Assembly (NCBI GenBank): GCA_902472555.1 | Contig: CABROF010000013.1 | Location: 1 to 38,505, forward strand | Origin: an uncultured Oscillospiraceae bacterium | GTDB lineage: Bacteria; Bacillota; Clostridia; UBA1212; UBA1255 | DNA: 38,505 nt | Reading direction: 5' to 3' | Shown: piece after piece, positions 1-8,842 of the stretch | How the letters are laid out: every line of letters begins with the position of its first letter | Position numbering within the stretch: the first letter of the stretch is position 1 | Translations under genes and position numbers: made by a program | The notes under the pieces: generated by a model | What the model saw: only the letters and a program-made list of their open reading frames with translations | Databases searched by the model: none | Told to the model about the DNA's origin: nothing

Positions 1-257
1 CCTCCCGTCTGGACCTCCTCCGGCGCAGGCAGCCAATGAAAGACAGCCTGCGCCCGCGCGCTTCCGGAAAACAGGAGCGTTAGCGGGTGTCCCGCAGGTA
101 GCAGCCGCGCCGTTTCAGCAGAGAGTTGCTCACCGGGCACGCAGACCGTCAGGAATTCTGCAGCCGCCGCAGCGGCAAATCGATACGGTACATGAGGCGG
201 AATCACCGCAATATCATATAAATTCAGCATCCGTTCCGCACGCTCCGTTTTTAGCAT
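1..257 (-). CDS. hypothetical protein, 5' portion only (the gene continues beyond the window start)
   Basis: A minus-strand reading frame is open from an ATG at 257 (MLKTERAERMLNLYDIAVIPPHVPYRF...) to position 1 with no stop, and is closed upstream at 342-344. Its GC-rich composition matches the backbone genes. I could not recognise a family, and the RBS is weak (aaaGGGtatgcgATG). Confidence 0.3.
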   Translation of the reverse strand, partial: MLKTERAERMLNLYDIAVIPPHVPYRFAAAAAAEFLTVCVPGEQLSAETARLLPAGHPLTLLFSGSARAQAVFHWLPAPEEVQTG

Positions 258-507
258 CGCATACCCTTTGGAAATCAAAAAAAATCTGCATTCATATTCA
301 ATTTGGAAATCTGTTCCTTTTTCTCCCACAGCTGCTCCTGATCATATGCATATTTTCACATTTTATATACGAATCATAGCGCACAGATACGTAAATGTCA
401 AATCTCATGTATTTTTAATGTACTTTTTGTATCTATTAAGAACATCTGAAATGCGAATATAATGAAATTGCTACAGCAACATGAAAAAATGATGAAGGAG
501 GACGTCT

Positions 508-2544
508 ATGAAAAAACTTTTGGCTCTATTTCTATGTTGCGGTTTATGCAGTGCTGCCGGCTGTACAGGCAGTTCCATTCAGCCGGGGCAGTCCGGTAAT
601 ACGTCAGGAGGTAAAACAATGGAAGAATATGAAACCTATATCAATCATCCCGCGCAGTTTCCCATATCCTTTACATACGACAAGACCGTATATCAAGGGT
701 TCGGAGAAGAATTCCGCGAGATCGGCAGAGAACAAAAGGCCGCGCAAAACGGAACAAATACAATCCTTACATTTGCTCACGAAAAAAGCGGAACGCAATT
801 TGTCGTCAACGCCTGTGTCTACGAAGATTACAGTGCGTATGAATGGACAGTCTCTATCACCAATACCGGTGATCAGAATACCGGGGTTTTTGAAAATATC
901 AACGGCGCGGATATGACATTTGTCGGTAAAGATCCCTGCCTGAAGGGAATCAACGGCGATCTCGGCGATATGTACGCGCCGTATGCCGTTGCGTTAAAAG
1001 ATAATAGCGTTACAAAGGAATCTACCTCCGGGCGGCCTACCCACGGAAACTTTCCATATTTTAATTTAGAATATGGAAGCGGCGGGACCTTTATCGCTGT
1101 GGGCTGGCCGGGCTGCTGGCGCGCCAGCTTTGAAAACAAGGGAAACGAAACACGTTTTACAGGCGGACAGCATACGGTCAGCACCTATCTGGCACCCGGA
1201 GAAACGATCCGCACGCCTTTGATGATGTTCTTAAAATATGAAGGCCGTGATGAGGTGAAAGCCATGAACCTGTGGCGCCGCTGGTTTATCGACTGTAATA
1301 TGCGCAAAATCAACGGAGAGAATTTTGAACCGGTATTTGCAGCCTCCACGATGTCTCAAGGCATGAACACAAAAAGCATGCTTCGGATCGTCAATTCCTA
1401 CAAAAATCACGGAATTTCTTTAGATTACCTGTGGATGGATGCCGGCTGGTATACCAATGCGGCAGGAGAAACATGCAGCTGGCCGGAAACAGGAAGTCTG
1501 AATGTGAATACGGAAATGTTTCCGGACCGATTTGCAGAAATCAGTCAGGCCATGGCCGAGCAGGGCGGTAAAACGATGCTTTGGTTTGAGCCGGAGGTTA
1601 TCCGTCTGAATAAAGATGCATTTCTTGCAGGCAACCCTGATTTCAGCGCGGATTGGATGCTGGGCATTGCATTTCCCGGCACATGGCTGGAGGGGCAGCT
1701 GGTAGACTTAGGAAACGAAGCATGCAGAGCATGGCTGATCGAAAAAATCTCAAAGGTGATGGATGACGGACACATTGCAATGTACCGCCAGGATTTTAAC
1801 GTAGATCCTGCTCCCGTATGGGCCGCAAACGATGATGTCTCCCGCAGCGGCTTTACGGAAAACCAATATGTGCAGGGGTATCTCGCCTTCTGGGATGCAT
1901 TGCTTGAGAAATATCCGGACATGATGATCGACTCTTGTGCTTCCGGCGGCGGTAGAAACGACTTAGAAACGCTGCGCCGTGCAGTGCCGCTTCATTTCAG
2001 TGATTTCTGGGACGGCAACACCGGCGGATTCGATGAACGGCAGGCTGCCATGCAATCCCTGATCCAATGGATTCCGTATATCAAGCTGGAGAAAAATACC
2101 GGCGTGGAAAGTACTCTCTATCATCTGCGTTCCTGCTATGCGCCTTGGATCAATGCCAATATCGCGGTAATGGATAAAGATGCGCCTTGGGATATTCTCG
2201 CTCAGGTCCGCCAGGAATGGGAACATATTCAGCAATTTTTCTATGCAGATTACTACCCGCTCACACAATGGAGCAAAAGCAGCGAAGCATGGCGGGGCTG
2301 GGAGTTTTTCGATCCGGCACAGGATGCAGGCTACGGTCAGCTATTCCGTCCCGCCAACTGCTCTGTAGGAGAAATGACAATCAAGCTGTACGGACTTTCT
2401 GCTGATAAACAGTATCATATAAAAGATTTTGACGGTCTGCTTGATGTGACAGCCGACGGAAAGGCACTTATGGCAGAAGGAATCCGGATTGCCATGCCGG
2501 AGTCCTCATATAGTATCGTATTTTGCATAGATCCGGTAAAATAA
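508..2544 (+). CDS. secreted lipoprotein glycoside hydrolase, clan GH-D / GH36-like (alpha-galactosidase family)
   Basis: There is a strong RBS (gaAGGAGGacgtctATG). The N-terminus is a lipoprotein signal (MKKLLALFLCCGLCSAAGC, lipobox LCSAAGC). The motif C-A-S-G-G-G-R-N-D resembles the GH36 CxSGGGR-D motif that carries the acid/base Asp, and DYLWMDAGWY resembles the nucleophile-region motif. The length of 678 aa fits. The family assignment comes from motif recall only. Confidence 0.5.
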   Translation: MKKLLALFLCCGLCSAAGCTGSSIQPGQSGNTSGGKTMEEYETYINHPAQFPISFTYDKTVYQGFGEEFREIGREQKAAQNGTNTILTFAHEKSGTQFVVNACVYEDYSAYEWTVSITNTGDQNTGVFENINGADMTFVGKDPCLKGINGDLGDMYAPYAVALKDNSVTKESTSGRPTHGNFPYFNLEYGSGGTFIAVGWPGCWRASFENKGNETRFTGGQHTVSTYLAPGETIRTPLMMFLKYEGRDEVKAMNLWRRWFIDCNMRKINGENFEPVFAASTMSQGMNTKSMLRIVNSYKNHGISLDYLWMDAGWYTNAAGETCSWPETGSLNVNTEMFPDRFAEISQAMAEQGGKTMLWFEPEVIRLNKDAFLAGNPDFSADWMLGIAFPGTWLEGQLVDLGNEACRAWLIEKISKVMDDGHIAMYRQDFNVDPAPVWAANDDVSRSGFTENQYVQGYLAFWDALLEKYPDMMIDSCASGGGRNDLETLRRAVPLHFSDFWDGNTGGFDERQAAMQSLIQWIPYIKLEKNTGVESTLYHLRSCYAPWINANIAVMDKDAPWDILAQVRQEWEHIQQFFYADYYPLTQWSKSSEAWRGWEFFDPAQDAGYGQLFRPANCSVGEMTIKLYGLSADKQYHIKDFDGLLDVTADGKALMAEGIRIAMPESSYSIVFCIDPVK

Positions 2545-2578
2545 CTGAAAAACAAAATAAAAACAGGAGGTAACAAAA

Positions 2579-3910
2579 ATGAAAAAGTATGGTGCAGTCA
2601 TATGTGTACTCGTTTTACTGTGCACGGCGGCAGGTATGTTCCTGTCGTCGGCGGACAGCGGCAGCATATATTTGACAGAATTGGAGCCGAAGACGTACCA
2701 AGTAGACGGAGAAATCCATACGGACAAAACGTATCTCGGACTTGCCATCACAGTAGGAGGCAAGGAATACGGCCATGGGATCTCCGTCCATCCTCTGGCA
2801 GATGGCCCCGCGGAAGTGGTATATGATATCGAAGGGCTCGGGTATCGGACCTTTTACGCAGTGGGCGGCAAGGATAAAACCGCAGGTGCGGCTGTAGGCG
2901 GAGATGACGGAATCAAGGATACCGCCATCAGCATGGAGGTCTGGGCGGACGGTGTAAAGAAGGCGGAAAGCGGCGTTCTGAAATATCCGGAAACATATAC
3001 CTTTCAGGTTGACATTGCCGGCGCAAAGGAATTGAAATTAGTCGTTACAGACGGCGGCGACGGTATTTACTGTGATGCAACTTCCTGGGCCAATGCCGTT
3101 TTGTCAAAACAGGCGGTCTCTGAGGAGATTACATTTCCCGAGGAAACGAACAGCACGCCGGTCCCGACTGTACTTGCAACACCTGATCCTGCCCTGAAGG
3201 ATCAGGAAAAGGTATTTATCAGCGATATGGATTGGATCACCAGCAGTATTTATGAGAACGGCGAGGTTGGTGATTACGCCCACAGGGATGAAAATGTGGC
3301 CGGAGAAGAGCTGTGGATCAACGGCGTATATTTTGAAAAGGGCGTCTGCCTGCATGCGGTGCCGGCCGGCGAGGCTTATATCGATATTAATATTGAAGGA
3401 CTGGGCTTTACCACCTTTGCCGCGTATGCGGGAATTAGCGAAACCATGCAGTACGATATTACCATGGCTACCGTACAGTTTATCGTATATGCCGATGGTA
3501 CGGAAAAAGCGAGAAGCGAGATTATGGGACTGACGGACGAGGCGGTATTGCTGACCGCAGATGTTACGGATGCAAAGGTGCTTCGCCTGGCAATCACAAA
3601 CGGCGGCGACGGCATCAGCGGCGATTGGGGGACCTTTGCCGGCGCGGTAATTGCAAAAACAAATCAAATCGATGAAATCTTCGCAACTCCCGTTCCCACG
3701 CAAACGCCTGCCGCTACGCAGACGCCTGCAAAAGTGCCGGAAAGCACATCTCCTGCCGCTGTAAAAACAGCATCCCCTGCCTCAGAAGACAGCAGAAATG
3801 ATGCAGACGCCGGACTGCCCGCATGGGCAATCGGGCTGATCATTGCAGCCGTACTCGCAGCTGCCGCCGTTATAATTCTGGTGGTTATAAAAAAGAAAAA
3901 ATCATCCTGA
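2579..3910 (+). CDS. cell-surface carbohydrate-binding protein: signal peptide, 2 NPCBM-like modules, Pro/Thr-rich linker, C-terminal TM anchor with KKKK tail
   Basis: The RBS is acAGGAGGtaacaaaaATG. The N-terminus is a signal peptide. There are two modules, each ending in the NPCBM-type motif (LKLVVTDGGDGIYCDATSWANAVL and LRLAITNGGDGISGDWGTFAGAVI), and the second starts with a canonical LSDMDW-like FISDMDW. The C-terminus is PT-rich, followed by the hydrophobic helix AIGLIIAAVLAAAAVIILVVI and then KKKKSS. Confidence 0.6.
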   Translation: MKKYGAVICVLVLLCTAAGMFLSSADSGSIYLTELEPKTYQVDGEIHTDKTYLGLAITVGGKEYGHGISVHPLADGPAEVVYDIEGLGYRTFYAVGGKDKTAGAAVGGDDGIKDTAISMEVWADGVKKAESGVLKYPETYTFQVDIAGAKELKLVVTDGGDGIYCDATSWANAVLSKQAVSEEITFPEETNSTPVPTVLATPDPALKDQEKVFISDMDWITSSIYENGEVGDYAHRDENVAGEELWINGVYFEKGVCLHAVPAGEAYIDINIEGLGFTTFAAYAGISETMQYDITMATVQFIVYADGTEKARSEIMGLTDEAVLLTADVTDAKVLRLAITNGGDGISGDWGTFAGAVIAKTNQIDEIFATPVPTQTPAATQTPAKVPESTSPAAVKTASPASEDSRNDADAGLPAWAIGLIIAAVLAAAAVIILVVIKKKKSS

Positions 3911-3941
3911 ACAGGAATGGTATGAAAGGAGCATATAATCT

Positions 3942-5681
3942 ATGAAAATGAAAATACGGCATACGTTTTTCCCAACCTTTGCATGCTTCCTTTGCCTCGG
4001 GCTCATTTGTTTTTTCTTAATGCAAGCTGCGCCCATGCCCGCAGCTCTGGCCGACAGCCCGTCAGCAGCAGAGCGCGTCTATTTAAGCGACCTGCCGCTG
4101 AAAAGCAGCACGGTGCCAGACGGGGATCAGGTTTATATCGATACCACCTGGGCCGGCGGAAAAATCACGGTGGGCAATGCCGTGTACGATAAAGGGATTT
4201 CCATGCATCCCGTCTCTCCGGAAAAACCGGCGGAGGCAGTCTACGATATTTCCGGACTCGGTTATACGCGCTTTACCGCTGCTGCCGGAAAGGACAAGAG
4301 CGCAGGCCGGGATGTGGGAGGCGATGCCGGGATTCAAGACACGCAGACAGGCTTTGAGGTGTATGTGGACGGCGTGAAGAAAGCAGAAAGCGGCAATCTC
4401 CCGTACCCGCTTGCCTATCTGGTGGACATTGATATCACCAACGCAAAGGAATTAAAGCTGGTGGTTACAGACGGCGGCGACGGGCTTTTCTGCGATGCTT
4501 CTTCCTTTGCGGATGCCATACTTACTAAAGAGCCGGACCTGAATGCAGATCGAACGTATCTCAGCAGCCTGAGTCCCGTGCGCACGGTTGTGCCGGACGG
4601 GGATTCCCTCTATTGTGATACAACCTGGAGCGGCAGTAAAATTACCGTGGGCACCATGGTATATGAAAAGGGGATTTCCATGCATCCGGTTTCCGGAGAA
4701 GCTCCGGCCGAAGCCGTGTACAATATCGGCGGCGCAGGCTATACGCGCTTTACCGCCATTGTAGGCAAAGACCGAAGCGCAGGCGCACAGGCGGGGCAGG
4801 ATCTGATCTATAAAACCCAGGCAGGCTTTGAGGTATGGGTAGACGGTGTAAAAAAAGCGGAAAGCGGCAATCTCCCATACCCATATATCTATGCCTTTGA
4901 CGTGGACCTTACCGGGGCGCAGGAATTAAAGCTGGTGGTCACGGACGGCGGCGACGGGCTTTTCTGTGATGCCTCTTCATTTGCAGATGCCGCTTTATGG
5001 AAAGAGGGGACTGCCGAGGCGGACAGCATTTCTCTGAATTCCCTGAAAGAAATAAGCTTTGACGTGGACGGCGGCACTCTTTATCAGGATACCACCTGGC
5101 TTTCCCAAAAAATTGCCGTAGGCCGGCGCGTATACGAAAAAGGGATTTCCATGGCGCCGAAAGCCGATTCTCCCGCAGAGGTCGTATATAATATAGAAAA
5201 TTTAGGTTACACCACCTTTACTGCTACCGTAGGAAAGGATCGGACCGCCGGGCTTCAGCTTCCGAACGGAGACGATGGAATTATCGGCAGCCGCGTAGCG
5301 TTTGAAGTATATGTAGACGGTGTAAAAAAGGCGGAGAGCGGCATTTTACCGTATCCCTGTACCTACCGCTTCTGTGTTGATGTGACGGGTGCGAAAACGT
5401 TAAAGCTGGTGGTCACGGACGGCGGCGACGGCATTTTCTGCGACACGTCCTCCTATGCAGATCCCGTACTCTCTAAGCAAACGCCTGCTTCTGCGGACCC
5501 GGAACAGACGCAGCCCACAGAGCCGGCCAATCCTGTCAGCGGCGACGCCGCGCTTCTGACCGCCGCAGCGGCTCTGTGCCTTTGCCTGACTGCACCGCGG
5601 ATCTTCAGAAAAACGCAGACATTCCACAGCGCAGCTTTAAAGGCATGTATATATACCGGAAAAGCCCGGGGTCTGCCGTAA
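3942..5681 (+). CDS. cell-surface carbohydrate-binding protein with 3 tandem NPCBM-like modules and a C-terminal hydrophobic anchor
   Basis: The RBS is AAGGAGcatataatctATG, followed by a signal peptide. There are three ~160-aa modules, each with ...GISMHPV..AEAVY.I.G.GYTRFTA..GKD....VYVDGVKKAESG...ELKLVVTDGGDGLFCDASSFADA.L. After them comes a PT/acidic linker and then a hydrophobic stretch with a basic tail. Confidence 0.6.
   Translation: MKMKIRHTFFPTFACFLCLGLICFFLMQAAPMPAALADSPSAAERVYLSDLPLKSSTVPDGDQVYIDTTWAGGKITVGNAVYDKGISMHPVSPEKPAEAVYDISGLGYTRFTAAAGKDKSAGRDVGGDAGIQDTQTGFEVYVDGVKKAESGNLPYPLAYLVDIDITNAKELKLVVTDGGDGLFCDASSFADAILTKEPDLNADRTYLSSLSPVRTVVPDGDSLYCDTTWSGSKITVGTMVYEKGISMHPVSGEAPAEAVYNIGGAGYTRFTAIVGKDRSAGAQAGQDLIYKTQAGFEVWVDGVKKAESGNLPYPYIYAFDVDLTGAQELKLVVTDGGDGLFCDASSFADAALWKEGTAEADSISLNSLKEISFDVDGGTLYQDTTWLSQKIAVGRRVYEKGISMAPKADSPAEVVYNIENLGYTTFTATVGKDRTAGLQLPNGDDGIIGSRVAFEVYVDGVKKAESGILPYPCTYRFCVDVTGAKTLKLVVTDGGDGIFCDTSSYADPVLSKQTPASADPEQTQPTEPANPVSGDAALLTAAAALCLCLTAPRIFRKTQTFHSAALKACIYTGKARGLP
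4068..5480 (+). repeat. three tandem ~480-bp intragenic direct repeats (the NPCBM module units), highly similar at the DNA level
   Basis: For example, aattaaagctggtggttacagacggcggcgacgggcttttctgcgatgc at about 4448 is almost identical to the stretches at about 4926 and about 5403. A related copy lies at about 3033 in the upstream paralog. Confidence 0.6.
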
Positions 5682-5782
5682 CGGAAAAAGACCCCGGCAA
5701 ACAAAAAAACAGCGGCATGATAATCAGCAAATAATATCGAGCAGAATGATCAATTTTACTACAGACTGACGACTTCAGCCGG

Positions 5783-5827
5783 AAAGACCGAGATAATGCC
5801 GTAAAGAGGCTGTATCCGGTCTTTTTC
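5783..5827 (+). terminator. putative rho-independent terminator after the NPCBM gene pair
   Basis: The arm aaagaccg (5783-5790) pairs with cggtcttt (5817-5824) and is followed by ttttc. The loop is long (26 nt), so this is only moderately convincing. Confidence 0.35.
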
Positions 5828-5931
5828 AATTTATTAATAAAAGAATTCTTTTGTCAGGATAAATAAAAACAGAGTTTCCAATGCATACTTGACTTGCATA
5901 GATATATTTGCATTTTGAAAGGGTGGCAAAT

Positions 5932-6947
5932 ATGTTTGAAAAAGTCAAACGGTTCTTTCAGAAAAAAACGCGGCATTGAAACAGCTCCGTCTTCCAAAAT
6001 AAATTCTCCATTTCCGCCTCTCTGCAGGAAAATATCCGCCTGTTCGATGAGTTATTTGCAGATGTCGATATCATGCTGTCCCGGCAGTTTGAAAATGCGC
6101 TGCAGCCTGCCATTAAATTCTGTATTTATTACAGCGATGGCGTTACCGATCCGATTCTAATCAATGAACATATCATAAAACCACTGACGCTGCTGGGTCG
6201 TCTGACACCGGTTCCCACTCTATTCGCGCAGGTCAGGGATCATGCGGTGACGACAAATGATGTAAAAGAATGCACGGATGTCACTGAAATCATATCCGGC
6301 ATCACATACGGAGACACGGTATTCTTTATAGAAGGCAGTGAAAAGGCACTTTTGTTCAGCAGCAAGAAATTTTCCCTGCGTTCCTCAACAGAGCCTGAAG
6401 GAGAACGGGTGCTCAGCGGCCCGCGGGAAGGGTTTACGGAAGGGTTTATGAATAATCTTTCCATGATCCGGCGCAGGCTGCGGACCAATGAACTGAAAAT
6501 CAGGCTGCTGACCATGGGACGTCTGACGCAGACAACAGTCTGTGTCGCCTGTATTGACAATTCGGAACAAGAATTGAATCTATTATGTCTTTTCTGTTTA
6601 TTCTTTCGGGGATCTCAAAGGTATCTGTTTCATTGACCGTCGAAACAAAGGCTGTACAAAATATATTTTTTCTGAAGGATTGCCAACCGCTCCTGCTGTC
6701 TGTAGGCTTTTTTACCGCGGCTCTTTCTGTAACCGTATTTGAGAGTATTATGCAGATGTTCACCTTTATGCTGTATTACCCCATCTATGCGTTCCCGTTT
6801 CAGACTCTCATTTCATTGGTCCTCTGGAGTGTAATTGAAATCAAAGTGCGAAAACAAAAGCGCCCTGTCACCACATGCTGGAAAAACAACACGGCCGGGG
6901 AAGGAAGCCTTACGTTGACTAAAATGCCGAAAACCACAAAAATATAA
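5932..6947 (+). pseudogene. GerA-family spore germination receptor A-subunit, disrupted by a nonsense codon, a frameshift and a deletion
   Basis: The frame starts MFEKVKRFFQKKTRH, hits an in-frame TGA at 5977-5979, and then continues in the same frame with GerA-type N-terminal signatures (SLQENIRLFDELFADVDIMLSRQFEN ... IRRRLRTNELKI ... GRLTQTTVCVACIDN). There is no alternative in-frame start between the TGA and these motifs. Reading shifts to another frame at about 6585-6640. The membrane domain is truncated, with about 1.0 kb total versus about 1.5 kb expected. Confidence 0.55.
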
Positions 6948-7068
6948 TGATATGCGGTTTTGGGCTGTTTCTTTTTGCACTCCTTCCGAAATCAGAATTG
7001 CGCCGGATGGTCCCGCGTGGTAAAATACTTGCCAGTTCACATATTCTTTATTAGGAGGTTTGATCACA

Positions 7069-7793
7069 TGAAAGAGGTTGCCCTACAATTATATTCAATC
7101 GGCGGAGAAACCGCCTCAGATTTCTACGGCGCGCTTTGCCGTACCGCGGAGGCCGGCTTTACCGGCGTGGAATTTGCAGGCTATGGCGGAAATTCCGCCG
7201 CGCAGATGAAAAAATGGCTGGATGAATGGAAGCTCACCCCCCTCAGCACCCATACCAATGTATTTGAGAATCTGGATCAACAGCTGGAATACCTCCAAGC
7301 GCTCGGCGTAAAAAATATCGTGCTTCCCCATGCGCCTTTTGAATCAGAGGAACAAGTGCTGAAGCTGGCGGAATCCATGAATCAGATAGGGGAAAAATGC
7401 CTGTCTGCCGGAATTCAGCTGAGCTATCATAATCATGCTCACGAGTTCCGGAAAAATGACAGCGGAACATGGCTCCTGGACATTTTCTACGATCACACGG
7501 ACCCGAAACTCGTCGGCATGCAGCTGGATGTCTGCTGGGCGACTGTAGGCGGCGCGGATCCGGTGGCCTATCTGGCAAAATACCGCAGCCGCATCCATAC
7601 GGTACATATGAAAGAGGTTCTGACCATCTCTCCTTATGCCGGAACTGCAATCGGAGACGGCATCGTGAACTTCAAAGGGATATACGATTTGCTGGGTGAC
7701 AGCGCCGCTTATATTGTGGAGCAGGAAGCCATTTCAACCATGGATACCTGGACCGCTCTGCGCAAAAGCGTCGATTATCTGAAAAAGCTTTAA
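7069..7793 (+). CDS. sugar phosphate isomerase/epimerase (xylose-isomerase-like TIM barrel family)
   Basis: The RBS is ttAGGAGGtttgatcacATG. The sequence MKEVALQLYSIGGE...GFTGVEF...HNHAHEF...EQE is typical of this family. The ORF-track start at 6960 has no RBS. Confidence 0.7.
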
Positions 7794-7818
7794 GACCGAA
7801 CTCCGGGAATCCGGCAGT

Positions 7819-7855
7819 CACGGCGCGCGGAACGGTCCGCCGCCGTGATTTTTTA
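7819..7855 (+). terminator. rho-independent terminator
   Basis: A GC-rich hairpin (cacggcgcgcgg...ccgccgccgtg) is followed by atttttta, 26 nt after the stop codon. Confidence 0.6.
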
Positions 7856-8024
7856 TGTTCCTGCGTTTTAAGCACATTCCGCGCATACCGCCCCGCATAT
7901 TTCCCGGGAAATAAAACTTCTTCTTTCCAAGTGCGATGTGAGATGCTATGATAGTATGCACTTCGCACTATCGGATATCTCCTGTGACACCGCAAGGCTC
8001 GCACTCCCATTCTAAAGAAAAGGG

Positions 8025-8831
8025 ATGATTGGCTTGTTCAACGGAATGCTTGACTTGGCAATTGCAGATGGAGACCAAACATTTTTAGATTTATTCGGCA
8101 GCTACGTTTCCAATACAAAGAATTGGAATCTGCTCGCCGCGGTAAGCAGCGGAGAGCAGGTGCTTCCGCTGCTTCGGAGAAAGAAACCGGCCGTCCTGAT
8201 TATGGATATCGTGCTTCCCGGGATCGACGGGTTCGGCGTCCTGAAGGCAATTCAGAATGAACAGATGATAAAGCCCGTGATTATCATTGCCTCAGCAATG
8301 GGCCGGGATTTTTACACACGGACGGCAATGGAATTGGGCGCAGATTATTACATTCTGAAGCCGCTGGATTTTGGAATTCTGCTGGAACGCGCCCGTGAAT
8401 TGGCGCAAAAAGCATACAATAAAAATATCGGAGCCTACCGCTTCGATCCGCAGAACAGTCTGATCCGGGAGGATGGCGGTCTCCGGCAGGATGTCACCAG
8501 ACTGCTGCATGATATCGGAATTCCGGCGCATCTTTCCGGTTATCAGTATCTAAGAGATGCAGTCTGCATGGTGATTGAGGAGCCTGCACTTTTATATAAA
8601 ATGACGAAGCAGGTCTACCCCGTATTGGCCGATAAAAACGGAAAGTCCCCGGCCAGTGTAGAAAAAGCGATCCGGACCGCAATTGAGATTGCCTGGATGC
8701 GCGGAAAAACCGACCTGCTCGACGAGCTGTTCGGCTTTACGGTGAATTCGCAGAAGGGAAAACCAACCAATACGGAATTTATTGCTATGCTTGCAGACCG
8801 CTTCCATATCAACGATCATGCAGTATATTGA
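8025..8831 (+). CDS. spo0A: sporulation master regulator Spo0A (response regulator with Spo0A-specific C-terminal DNA-binding domain)
   Basis: The C-terminal domain closely matches the Spo0A_C signature (YLRDAVCMVIEEPALLYKMTKQVYPVLADKNGKSPASVEKAIRTAIEIAWMRG...GKPTNTEFIAMLADR). The N-terminal receiver has the phospho-acceptor Asp (LIMDIVLPGIDG) and a conserved Lys (ILKP). The start could instead be at 8046. Confidence 0.85.
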   Translation: MIGLFNGMLDLAIADGDQTFLDLFGSYVSNTKNWNLLAAVSSGEQVLPLLRRKKPAVLIMDIVLPGIDGFGVLKAIQNEQMIKPVIIIASAMGRDFYTRTAMELGADYYILKPLDFGILLERARELAQKAYNKNIGAYRFDPQNSLIREDGGLRQDVTRLLHDIGIPAHLSGYQYLRDAVCMVIEEPALLYKMTKQVYPVLADKNGKSPASVEKAIRTAIEIAWMRGKTDLLDELFGFTVNSQKGKPTNTEFIAMLADRFHINDHAVY

Positions 8832-8842
8832 TTGATCCGGAA

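Noticed and set aside
268-462. 64-aa ORF in the AT-rich region upstream of the GH36-like gene
   Set aside because: Low-complexity AT-rich promoter DNA with no RBS. It contains the TATAAT-like element and the RBS region of the downstream gene.
4068-5480. CRISPR array (the regular repeats in the NPCBM gene, and the 9-bp repeats at 38400-38500)
   Set aside because: The repeats are long coding modules, or they are 9-bp microsatellite-like units with no unique spacers. There are no cas genes. This is not CRISPR.
5977-5979. Possible TGA recoding (selenocysteine or an alternative code) in the gerA-like gene
   Set aside because: TGA clearly functions as a stop elsewhere in the window, for example in the ATGA overlaps in the V-ATPase and ABC genes. 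The gene carries further lesions, so a plain pseudogene is the simplest explanation.
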